In this document: piece after piece, positions 9,372-17,300 of the stretch
Position numbering within the stretch: position 1 is the first letter of the stretch
Layout of the letters: the number at the start of each line of letters is the position of its first letter
DNA from: Halodesulfurarchaeum sp.
GTDB lineage: Archaea > Halobacteriota > Halobacteria > Halobacteriales > Halobacteriaceae
Assembly (NCBI RefSeq): GCF_036626455.1
Contig: NZ_JAZKRK010000006.1
Span: 2,380-66,379 of the forward strand
DNA: 64,000 nt
Direction: 5' to 3'
Position numbers and translations under genes: made by a program
Notes under the pieces: generated by a model
The model's database searches: none
Seen by the model: the letters and a program-made list of their open reading frames with translations, nothing else
Told to the model about the DNA's origin: nothing

Positions 9372-10208
9372 ATGGCGACCCAAGAAACAGACGAAACGAA
9401 TCACGCGCTGCCGGCCCCAGACGATTGGCCGAAAGCGTTTGGTGAGGCCTCGTGGTGGCCATTTGGAGTCGCAGCAGGGGTCACAAGCATCTATCTGGGA
9501 TTCGGCTTATGGGTTTTGGCCAACGCCGGTTCGGCATTCGGACCTGCACTCCTGGGTCCGGGCTTGCTTCTCGGAGGAGGGGTTGTGTTCCTCGGGAGTC
9601 TCTACGGGTGGCTCTACCAGGGGTTCATCGCTCATTTCTGGGACCGAGAGGGCTCTGCAGGCAAGTTCCGGTGGGCCATGATACTGTTCCTGGGGACTGA
9701 AATTTTCACGTTCGGTGCCCTCTTTGTCTACTACTTCTTTATTCGTGCCGGGACCTGGCCACCAGGTGAACTTCCCCATCTCGTGAGTTCACTCGTCCTC
9801 ATTAACACAGGTATCCTGGTCCTCAGTAGTTTCACCCTACACTTCGGCCATACGGCCCTTCGGGCGGGCAATCGGTCACGATACACCCGTCTCTTGGGCG
9901 CGACACTGTTCCTCGGGCTTGTCTTTCTGGCCGGCCAGGTCTACGAGTACTACCAGTTCGTTATCGAGGAGGGCTTTGGTCTTGCCAGCGGCACGTTCTT
10001 CAGCGCTTTCTTTGGCTTGACGGGACTGCACGGCCTCCACGTCGCACTCGGAGTGGTTCTTTTGGCCATATTGATGGTCCGGACGGTTATCGGCCAATAT
10101 TCCGAGAAAAGACACACCTCGATAGCGACGGTTACGATGTATTGGCACTTCGTGGATGCCGTCTGGATCTTCCTCGTCCTCACGCTTTACGTCGGAGGGA
10201 CCCTCTAA
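9372..10208 (+). CDS. coxC: Cytochrome c oxidase subunit III
   Basis: 278 aa with 7 TM helices. Contains ...FFGLTGLHGLHVALGVVLL...MYWHFVDAVWIFL, typical of subunit III. Confidence 0.9.
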   Translation: MATQETDETNHALPAPDDWPKAFGEASWWPFGVAAGVTSIYLGFGLWVLANAGSAFGPALLGPGLLLGGGVVFLGSLYGWLYQGFIAHFWDREGSAGKFRWAMILFLGTEIFTFGALFVYYFFIRAGTWPPGELPHLVSSLVLINTGILVLSSFTLHFGHTALRAGNRSRYTRLLGATLFLGLVFLAGQVYEYYQFVIEEGFGLASGTFFSAFFGLTGLHGLHVALGVVLLAILMVRTVIGQYSEKRHTSIATVTMYWHFVDAVWIFLVLTLYVGGTL

Positions 10209-10666
10209 TGACTGATCAAACGACAAATTCGGTTGGTGAGCAACCAGAAGCACAGGTGAGTACCGACAAGATTGGATCACCAACGAAAATCCATCGCGTA
10301 AGTCCCTGGCCGCCCTTCGTGGCAGTCGGATTCGCCGTCTCGGAAATCGGGATCGTGTTGAACCTGGTGTCACTCGCAATTGGGGGAATAGTCTTGTTTG
10401 GAGGGAGCGTCGCAGGGATTCTAACCGAGACGAAGTACGTGAAAAATCCCTGGCGGCCATTGGTCGTCCTCGGTGTGTTCTTCGTCGTGGCGGGTGCCTA
10501 CATTTATGCCTCGCAAGTCCCCCAATTCGGACTCGAGAAGCTCTTTTCCGCCGGACGGGCAAACGCCATTGCCATGCGTGGCGAGGCGATACTCATCGCA
10601 GGGGGCCTGCTCGTTGCCGGGTCGATTCTTGGAACGCTCCTCAAGCCGCTTCAAACGGAGGCCTAA
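10208..10666 (+). CDS. Oxidase-operon membrane protein (candidate small subunit), unknown family
   Basis: ORF track gives 10142..10666. The ATG at 10208 (MTDQTTNSVGEQ...) shares one base with the coxC TAA stop. 152 aa with 4 TM helices. Confidence 0.6.
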   Translation: MTDQTTNSVGEQPEAQVSTDKIGSPTKIHRVSPWPPFVAVGFAVSEIGIVLNLVSLAIGGIVLFGGSVAGILTETKYVKNPWRPLVVLGVFFVVAGAYIYASQVPQFGLEKLFSAGRANAIAMRGEAILIAGGLLVAGSILGTLLKPLQTEA

Positions 10667-10669
10667 TGG

Positions 10670-10882
10670 ATGCCACGAGAAACCTGGGATCGGGAAACAC
10701 TCTTGGACGTGGTCGTCAACGTCGTGCCGATCGGTATCTTACTCGTGTTCATCGGCCTGTTTCTGGTCGTGACCCCATGGGGGCTCGATCTGACACCGGC
10801 GTCCCTGGTGCAATTCGGTCTCGCGGTCTCGATGATCGTCCTGTTAGTGTACGTAACCTCCCTCACGGCCGAACGGATCTAA
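10670..10882 (+). CDS. Small two-TM membrane protein at the end of the cox operon
   Basis: 70 aa, MPRETWDRETLLDVVVNVVPIGILLVFIGLFLVVTPWG.... It starts 3 nt after the previous stop. Confidence 0.55.
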   Translation: MPRETWDRETLLDVVVNVVPIGILLVFIGLFLVVTPWGLDLTPASLVQFGLAVSMIVLLVYVTSLTAERI

Positions 10883-10996
10883 GTCCCGCTATAGACTCCG
10901 TTATCCGAGTACTAACACGAATCCGGCAGTGAACATAAGCAGCGCCAATACCCCAAGAACCAGTGCGATGAGTGTTTTCTGTTGCATGCTCTGTTA

Positions 10997-11203
10997 TTAT
11001 CGGTCGTCGAACCCCGTCGAAAAGCTCAACCAACCAAGTCCAGTCATGAACAGGATCGGCGGCACAATGATGACTGCCCACAGGGGGTTGAACCCGGCAT
11101 AAAGTAACAAGGACACCTCCGTGAGACCGAGGGCCAAGAATGGCGCAATGAGCAGCCCGGATCGGTACCAACTTCGGCCGGTCGAGGGTGTTTCGTGGCT
11201 CAT
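10997..11203 (-). CDS. Small two-TM membrane protein, translationally coupled to the upstream wHTH regulator gene
   Basis: This is the C-terminal 68 codons of ORF 10997..11530, starting MSHETPSTGRSWYRSGLLIAPFLALGL.... Its ATG overlaps the regulator stop (ATGA at 11200-11203). The longer ORF-track form is Arg/Pro-rich and overlaps the regulator. Confidence 0.45.
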   Translation of the reverse strand: MSHETPSTGRSWYRSGLLIAPFLALGLTEVSLLLYAGFNPLWAVIIVPPILFMTGLGWLSFSTGFDDR

Positions 11204-11739
11204 AATTGGACGTCTTCGGCGAGCATTCTGTCGACGAGGCGCGTAAAGTGACCGACCATCTGTCCCAACAGGGTTGGGTCTGCCTTCTGGACGAGCTCGA
11301 TCAGATCCTTCGGACGGGACACCTCGAGGACGACCGGTTCCGATGTCGTGTATCGCTTTTCGACGACGTCCTGTTCGACGAGATGGTTCACGTGCCACTC
11401 GAGGGTACTGCGAGCCAGGCCCAATTCCTCCACCAGTTCGTTCGGTCGAGTTGGCCCTGACTCGAGAATAACTGCAGCGACCTCGCGGGTGGTTTCTCGC
11501 CGCAAAAGGGAGAGGGTGGACCGCTCCCACTCATCGTATTCGGTTGGGAAGAAATGGGACCTGCCATATAGATCGGCCTTGACCAGCACGTCCTCCGAGA
11601 GCAGTCGGTCGAGATGATACTGAACCTGCCCGGTCGCCAGATCACACGTTCGAACGATGCCATTGAAGTGGATCCCCGGTTTGGTCTGCACTGTGTCGGC
11701 GATCCGCGTTCTGGTGTTTCCCATAAGACTAATCCCCAT
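11200..11739 (-). CDS. Transcriptional regulator with two winged-helix (ArsR/TrmB-like) domains
   Basis: 179 aa. First wHTH: GIHFNGIVRTCDLATGQVQYHLDRLLSEDVL. Second wHTH: PTRPNELVEELGLARSTLEWHVNHLVEQDVV. Confidence 0.7.
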   Translation of the reverse strand: MGISLMGNTRTRIADTVQTKPGIHFNGIVRTCDLATGQVQYHLDRLLSEDVLVKADLYGRSHFFPTEYDEWERSTLSLLRRETTREVAAVILESGPTRPNELVEELGLARSTLEWHVNHLVEQDVVEKRYTTSEPVVLEVSRPKDLIELVQKADPTLLGQMVGHFTRLVDRMLAEDVQL

Positions 11740-11851
11740 TTTCTGAGGGCCTTCTTGATATGATCCTAATTACCAACCTACACAACATAAACTGTTGGGT
11801 CTCGGCGGGGCTCACATCCAGCGAACGATTTGGACAGAACCCTGACCCTCG

Positions 11852-11869
11852 AAGGTCGGATCCGACCTT
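11852..11869. promoter_or_regulatory. Perfect 18-bp palindrome AAGGTCGGATCCGACCTT in the divergent regulator / bc-operon intergenic region (operator candidate)
   Basis: Read directly; AAGGTCGGA equals the reverse complement of TCCGACCTT. It is flanked by TATA-like boxes next to TTACCAAC repeats at 11770-11777 and 11922-11929. Each repeat lies about 30 nt from its start codon. Confidence 0.4.
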
Positions 11870-11958
11870 GCAATCGCCCCGTCTGGTCTAGTACACGCGT
11901 CACAATTCCCCATACAATTATTTACCAACGCATATAACCACACTATGTAGGTCCAAAT

Positions 11959-12123
11959 ATGCAATTTGTACCCAAAAACCCGATTGAACCCATTATTTTA
12001 GCGTCTGATGGGGGATTTGCCCTTGAAGCCTGGCAGATCGGAGCCGTGGCGTTCGCCTTCGTGGGCGTAATTTTGCTCGTCACGTTCCTCCTCGAGCGGT
12101 GGGGGGTGGGGCTCCATGCATGA
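11959..12123 (+). CDS. Small single-TM protein (54 aa), first gene of the Rieske/cytochrome b operon
   Basis: Own translation: MQFVPKNPIEPIILASDGGFALEAWQIGAVAFAFVGVILLVTFLLERWGVGLHA*. It is below the ORF-track size cutoff. Its stop overlaps the ATG of the next ORF (ATGCATGA at 12116-12123). A TATA-like ATTATTTA lies about 35 nt upstream. Confidence 0.4.
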   Translation: MQFVPKNPIEPIILASDGGFALEAWQIGAVAFAFVGVILLVTFLLERWGVGLHA

Positions 12124-12367
12124 GGTTATTTCACGAGTCGAGCCCTCAGATTCATCGATTTTGCTTGGGGGTTTCATCGTGTTAAGTCTCCTGTTGACCG
12201 TCTCGTCGATCGGATTCGCGATCGGCATTTTCCTGGAAATGGAGACAATGGTACTCGGAGTCTTGCTCGCACTTTCGTTTGCGTCGCTGGGTGGTATGGT
12301 GCTTGCAGTTCATCGCCTCTTCTACCCCCATCGAATCGTCCTCGAACACGACGAGGAACTCTGGTAA
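12116..12367 (+). CDS. Small two-TM membrane protein upstream of the Rieske gene
   Basis: 83 aa, ...ILLGGFIVLSLLLTVSSIGFAIGIFLEMETMVLGVLLALSFASLGGMVLAV.... It ends 5 nt before the Rieske start. Confidence 0.5.
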   Translation: MHEVISRVEPSDSSILLGGFIVLSLLLTVSSIGFAIGIFLEMETMVLGVLLALSFASLGGMVLAVHRLFYPHRIVLEHDEELW

Positions 12368-12372
12368 GACAA

Positions 12373-13011
12373 ATGTCATCGACTGATTCAACAGTAACTG
12401 GGGATAACGGAGGATCGAAAAACCTCCTCAGACGACGGATCGTGCAGGTATTCGGTGGCCTCGGGGTGGTGAGTTTCGCTGGTGCCCTTTTGGCACCACT
12501 CAAAAACTTGGGGATCGCTAGTGGTTCCTCTGACTCGGCGCTTCCTGGACAAGAACTCATCCTCGCCGAGGAGTACACACCTGACGGGGGCACAACAACG
12601 TTCGAAACTGGGGCCAACGTTACTGAAGACATGTTGTCAACTCCGGGATCGACCTTGGCGTATCCCTCTAATCACGTCGAAGAAAACGACTATCTCGTCC
12701 GAGTTCACCGCCTCCCACCGAACCAAATCGGTGGTCCAACGATAGAGGAAATGACCGCAAACGGATATGTCGCCTATTCCGCAGTGTGTACCCATCTTGG
12801 GTGTACAGTCGAATGGAAAACTGACGAGACAACGCCCACTGGGACCCCAACTGACCTTTGTAACTGTCATGGGAGTCAATTCGATCCTTATCAGGGTGCA
12901 GAAGTGGTCCATCCACCCGCCGATCGGGCTCTTCCCCAGATCGGTATCGAACTCGGTAACGAAGGAACACTTCAATTGAGTTCAGACTTCGAAGAACGTG
13001 TGGGACCATAA
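12373..13011 (+). CDS. petA: Rieske [2Fe-2S] protein of a cytochrome bc-type complex
   Basis: 212 aa. RR signal LLRRRIVQVFGG. Cluster ligands CTHLGCTVEW and CNCHGSQFD. Confidence 0.9.
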   Translation: MSSTDSTVTGDNGGSKNLLRRRIVQVFGGLGVVSFAGALLAPLKNLGIASGSSDSALPGQELILAEEYTPDGGTTTFETGANVTEDMLSTPGSTLAYPSNHVEENDYLVRVHRLPPNQIGGPTIEEMTANGYVAYSAVCTHLGCTVEWKTDETTPTGTPTDLCNCHGSQFDPYQGAEVVHPPADRALPQIGIELGNEGTLQLSSDFEERVGP

Positions 13012-13012
13012 C

Positions 13013-14269
13013 ATGTCGGAGGGCAGTGAATCCCGCTTAGATCTCGATCGGCTGTTCGCCCGCTTCGAGAAGAAGGCATTCCCGCTCCATGGGAGTTTTC
13101 TCCTCGGGGAACTGGCCTTGTTCGCATTCACCGGCATCGTAGCGACAGGGATCTTCTTGGGCCTGTTCTACGAACCGAGTACGGCCACCGTCACGTTCGA
13201 AGGAGAGTCCCTGCCGGCCGCGTACGCGAGCGTGCTACAAATTAACAGCCTCTCGATCGGGTTGTTGGTTCGACGCATCCATCACTGGAGTGCACACATC
13301 ATGTTGGCGACCATCGTCGTCCACATGGCTCGAGTGTACTTTACCGGCGCGTACCGGAAACCGCGGGACATCAATTGGGTCTTAGGGACTGGACTCCTGG
13401 GTTTGACGATACTCGCGGCCTTCCTGGGGTACCTCCTTCCATTCGACGAGTTCGCCGTTACGGCAACCAGTATCGGCTACGAAATCGCTACCTCGGTCCC
13501 CTGGGTCGGGGAGCACTTGGCGAACTTGCTCTTTGCCGGACCGTTCCCGAACTCACACACCGTGCCGCGGTTTTTCACCTTGCACGTGCTTATTATTCCT
13601 GTCCTTCTCGCCACCCTCATTGGTATCCATCTGTTGATTATAATGAAGGTCAAACACACCCAAGACCCGGGAGTCACGGGTCGGCTCAAATCACAGGCAA
13701 ATGCTGTCAAAGAGGGGCTTGTGGGCATTCCCTTCTGGCCGGAGCAGGTCGTCTTGATGGCAGGCGTCTTCTTCGCGTATGCAACCGCAGTGACCCTGTT
13801 AGCCGCGTTCGTCCCGGTTCATCCAGTCGAACTCTACGGGCCTTCGGTGCCAGGAACGCCACAAGTGAAACCGGACTGGTACCTGCTCTGGATCTATGGT
13901 ATCCTACGTGTCATGCCCCCGCTCGATATCGGGGTGTTTGGGGCAGCGATCAACGCCCGATTCATCGCCGGTGTTGTGGTTCCAGGAGCCATCGGCGGGA
14001 TGCTCGCCTCAGTCCCGATCGTGGACACCATCGTCACGGGCGATTCCGTCAAGGACCCGAATGTGAGTCGCATCCAGCACCCATTCGATCGCCCGGGCCG
14101 AACTGCGATCGGGGTCGGTGCCCTAGTGTTTTTCGTCCTCGCAGGAATGGCGGGGTACTACACGGAAATCGGGCTTGGCACCAACACCATGCGGGGGCTC
14201 ATGATCGCCGGCCCTATCCTCGTTGGAGGTATCACCTTCGGGGCCCTCAAACGAAGATTGAATACCTGA
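13013..14269 (+). CDS. petB: Cytochrome b (b/b6 plus subunit-IV-like C-terminal part)
   Basis: ORF track gives 12998..14269 (GTG). The ATG at 13013 (MSEGSESRLD) lies just after the Rieske stop. Heme-ligand His contexts are RRIHHWSAHIMLATIVVHMARVYFTGAY and FFTLHVLIIPVLLATLIGIHLL. Confidence 0.9.
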   Translation: MSEGSESRLDLDRLFARFEKKAFPLHGSFLLGELALFAFTGIVATGIFLGLFYEPSTATVTFEGESLPAAYASVLQINSLSIGLLVRRIHHWSAHIMLATIVVHMARVYFTGAYRKPRDINWVLGTGLLGLTILAAFLGYLLPFDEFAVTATSIGYEIATSVPWVGEHLANLLFAGPFPNSHTVPRFFTLHVLIIPVLLATLIGIHLLIIMKVKHTQDPGVTGRLKSQANAVKEGLVGIPFWPEQVVLMAGVFFAYATAVTLLAAFVPVHPVELYGPSVPGTPQVKPDWYLLWIYGILRVMPPLDIGVFGAAINARFIAGVVVPGAIGGMLASVPIVDTIVTGDSVKDPNVSRIQHPFDRPGRTAIGVGALVFFVLAGMAGYYTEIGLGTNTMRGLMIAGPILVGGITFGALKRRLNT

Positions 14270-14273
14270 CCGG

Positions 14274-16016
14274 TTACTCCAGGTCCCACTGGACGCCTGG
14301 GTTCGTCACCGCTCCGTTTGCTGCTGATCCGAAGTCCCGATGATATTTTGCCATGATGCCGTTCTCGTAGGTAGGTGTCGGATCGTGATCTTCCAGTCTG
14401 GCTTCGAGTTCGGCCGCTGTCAAGTCGACGGATAATTCGAGGGCGTCGATATCGATCGTCACGGAATCTCCGTCTTCGAGTGCAGCAATTGGACCCCCGA
14501 CATACGCTTCTGGGGCGACGTGACCGATGGACAACCCTCGGGTCGCACCAGAGAACCGTCCATCAGTGAAAAGCGCCACGTCCTCGGCGTGACCTTGCCC
14601 GGCTACCGCCGACGTAACACCAAGCATCTCTCGCATACCGGGCCCGCCTCTGGGCCCCTCGTTCCTGATACAAATGACATCGCCAGATTCGACCCGACCC
14701 TCCTCCACGTATTTCATTGCCGGCTCCTCGGACTCGAAGACCCTGACAGGACCGTCATGCCGAAGATGATCTTCTCCTGTGATCTTGATTACGGCGCCAT
14801 TTGGAGCGAGATTGCCCGTCAAAATACGGATGGCACCGCGTTCGTGTATCGGGTCTTCGACTGGATGGAGAAAGTGAGCGTCAAGATCAGCAACAGCGGG
14901 CGGGTCCAATCGGTCAAGTTCCGACGCAAGTGAATCTCCGGTCACCGTTTCGGCGTCGCCATGAAGCAGGCCTGCCTGGAGTAATTCGTTGAGAACCACG
15001 GGGACACCACCGATTTCGTGCAAATCGTTCATGACTTTGGACCCCCCGGGTTGGAGGTGTGCAATTTTCGGTGTCCGTTGGCTGATTTCGTTGAATGTCT
15101 GTATGTCCAGATCCACCCCAGCTTCGGCAGCCATCGCGAGCAGGTGCAACACGGCGTTGGTCGACCCACCAACTGCCACCTGAAGGGCGATGGCGTTCTC
15201 GAAGGACTCCCTGGTCAGGAAATCCGAGGGTCGCCGCCGTTCTGTGACCGCCTCGACGGCGATCCGTCCAGCCCGTTCTGCCTCCTCGTATCGGGCTTCC
15301 TGTTCTGCTGGGGGCGAAGCCGAACCGAGTGGAGCAAAACCTAGCGTCTCGGCGACTGAAGCCATCGTATTGGCGGTAAACATGCCACCACAGGCCCCTG
15401 GGCCCGGACACGCCACCCGCTCCATCTGGTCCAATTCTTCGGGTTTCATGTCACCCGTTGCGACCGCACCCACCCCTTCGAACATGTTTTGGATCGTGAT
15501 TTCCCGGCCCTCATGTTGCCCTGGCATGATCGAACCCCCATAGAGGAAGACCGAGGGAAGGTCGGTCCTGATGGAGGCCATCATCATGCCCGGCATGTTC
15601 TTATCACATCCACCAAGCGTGATCAGACCGTCCATTCGTTCGCCAAAGGCGACGAGTTCGACCGAATCCGCAATCACCTCTCGGGAGATTAACGACGCCT
15701 TCATGCCCTCAGTTCCCATCGAGATGGCATCCGAAATGGTGATCGTCCCGAATTCGATCGGCATTCCCCCAGCTTCGTCGACGGCGTCATAGGCCCGCTC
15801 AGAGACCGTATCGAGGTGGACGTTACACGGCGTTATATCCGCAGCGGGGTTGGCCAGGCCGATCAATGGCGAGGCGAGATCGTCGTCGTTGTAGTCCATC
15901 GCCCGAAACATTGCTCGATGTGGGGCTCTGTCTGCCCCTTGCACGACCTCGTTGCTCGGCAAGTCCGGGTCTTTGTCGTACTCGAAAAGTGACCGGTCCT
16001 TGTCCTGGTCAGTCAT
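14274..16016 (-). CDS. ilvD: Dihydroxy-acid dehydratase
   Basis: 580 aa. Contains [37 protein letters not shown] and [11 protein letters not shown], typical of IlvD/Edd. Confidence 0.95.
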   Translation of the reverse strand: MTDQDKDRSLFEYDKDPDLPSNEVVQGADRAPHRAMFRAMDYNDDDLASPLIGLANPAADITPCNVHLDTVSERAYDAVDEAGGMPIEFGTITISDAISMGTEGMKASLISREVIADSVELVAFGERMDGLITLGGCDKNMPGMMMASIRTDLPSVFLYGGSIMPGQHEGREITIQNMFEGVGAVATGDMKPEELDQMERVACPGPGACGGMFTANTMASVAETLGFAPLGSASPPAEQEARYEEAERAGRIAVEAVTERRRPSDFLTRESFENAIALQVAVGGSTNAVLHLLAMAAEAGVDLDIQTFNEISQRTPKIAHLQPGGSKVMNDLHEIGGVPVVLNELLQAGLLHGDAETVTGDSLASELDRLDPPAVADLDAHFLHPVEDPIHERGAIRILTGNLAPNGAVIKITGEDHLRHDGPVRVFESEEPAMKYVEEGRVESGDVICIRNEGPRGGPGMREMLGVTSAVAGQGHAEDVALFTDGRFSGATRGLSIGHVAPEAYVGGPIAALEDGDSVTIDIDALELSVDLTAAELEARLEDHDPTPTYENGIMAKYHRDFGSAANGAVTNPGVQWDLE

Positions 16017-16105
16017 ACCAAATCAAAGCCGGGACCGGACTTAAGTCCCGGCGTTTGGGACGATGACGCCAGGGCTGGGCCTGCGCTGCTGAAAGTAGAA
16101 CAACC

Positions 16106-16411
16106 TCAATGCCCGGAGGACGGCTCTCCCGCGTCAGCGATTCGGTCGTCGTACTTCCCCAGGGCCTCGCCGAGTGCAGCGCCTGCATTGATGTCCAGCG
16201 CCTCAGAAAATGCAAGAAGGGCAAACAACACGTCTCCTATCTCGTCGGACTTGACCTCGAGCTCTGTTGGAGCAGACCCGTAGTCCGTCGATTCAGCCGC
16301 GTCTTTTGCGACTTCACCTACCTCAGAGATGAGGTCCAGGAGCCTGTAAGCAGGCGGAGCTTCCATTCCTTCCGCTTCAATAAACGCAGCCACTTGCTCT
16401 TGTTCCTCCAT
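16106..16411 (-). CDS. MazG-like nucleotide pyrophosphohydrolase domain protein
   Basis: ORF track gives 16106..16480. The ATG at 16411 gives MEEQEQVAAFIEAEG.... EVGEVAKD and EIGDVLFALLAF match the MazG EXXE/EXXD helices. Confidence 0.7.
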   Translation of the reverse strand: MEEQEQVAAFIEAEGMEAPPAYRLLDLISEVGEVAKDAAESTDYGSAPTELEVKSDEIGDVLFALLAFSEALDINAGAALGEALGKYDDRIADAGEPSSGH

Positions 16412-16866
16412 GCCAGCAATGCAAGTGGAACCAAGAAAATCGTTCGGGCAGAAGAAATCAACGCGGGTTCCCGGTCCCACGTTGAAATTACCGCCCGGGT
16501 GTATCTCTCAGACAGAGCCTATCCTGGTCGGTTTATTACCGTTCTTTCAAGTCACCTTCTCCCCCCTAAAGGGCGGAGCTTGTCGGTGGACTCCCGTACT
16601 GGCCGACCCTATGAGATCCGGAGATCCGTGATAAAATGACCGTATTACTGCCCCCTTCCCATCCTTCCGAGTATTTGTGGCTCAATCAGTGGGTTCAGCT
16701 TTCTGTCTCTTGGGTTGAAGAGGATTACTTCAGGATGATTTTTAGTAGTTGCTTCCGTGGTAATAGTGAGTTTATTTCAAACATCAATGTCGGTAGTATT
16801 CTATCGATCGAGGTTTGACAGGATGTAATGGAAACTCCGATTCCAACAGTTTTCACACAAAATGCG

Positions 16867-17262
16867 TTAAAATTCTTCTTTCAGTTCGTCCCGCCGGTAC
16901 CGGTCGCTGAGTTCGTAGCCGGAAACGTTCCCTTTAGTGCCAACCGAGAACACGTAGCGGCCGAGGATATCTTGGGTGTCCGGGACGGCTTCCCGTTCAA
17001 GGACTTCGAGAACGACCCGCCAGCCCGCATCATTCGATTCAATCTTAATGACATCCTCTACCTGATGGTCAAGAAGTTGATCAGCAGCATCGATCACTAT
17101 CTGACGCGCCTCATTCAGGTCTATTCGCTCTGACTCTGTCGACCCATCCTCGGTTGGGCCCGAAACAGTTTGTCCAGAATCGAGTTCGTTGCTGTTGGCT
17201 GTGGATTCCTCCCACGAACGTTCTGTTTCGGCCGACTCGTTCTCCGATGGAGTTTCAGTCAT
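16867..17262 (-). CDS. gvpO: Gas vesicle protein GvpO
   Basis: 131 aa with an acidic N-terminus. Contains ...ARQIVIDAADQLLDHQVEDVIKIESNDAGWRVVLEVLEREAVPDTQDILGRYVF.... It is the last gene of gvpACNO. Confidence 0.9.
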   Translation of the reverse strand: MTETPSENESAETERSWEESTANSNELDSGQTVSGPTEDGSTESERIDLNEARQIVIDAADQLLDHQVEDVIKIESNDAGWRVVLEVLEREAVPDTQDILGRYVFSVGTKGNVSGYELSDRYRRDELKEEF

Positions 17263-17300
17263 TGGTGTGTTGTTAGTGCCCTAACAACTAAGGCTAACGG

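Noticed and set aside
9876-10562. 228-aa minus-strand ORF across coxC and the following gene
   Set aside because: It is an Arg-rich antisense translation that overlaps two well-supported plus-strand membrane-protein genes.
11998-12228. 76-aa minus-strand ORF upstream of the Rieske gene
   Set aside because: It competes with two plus-strand hydrophobic ORFs that are translationally coupled to each other and to petA. It has no promoter-like context on its own strand.
13375-14343. 322-aa alternative-frame ORF inside cytochrome b
   Set aside because: It is an Arg/Gly/Pro-rich out-of-frame translation. The cytochrome b frame carries the heme-ligand motifs.
16481-16503. GTTGAAATTACCGCCCGGGTGTA at the left gvp-island border resembles the 3' end of tRNA-Gln (GTTCGAATCCGCCCGGGACTA), suggesting an att site
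   Set aside because: Only a 9-mer (CCGCCCGGG) is exact, which is expected by chance in 64 kb on two strands. It is also in inverted rather than direct orientation relative to the tRNA gene 21 kb away.
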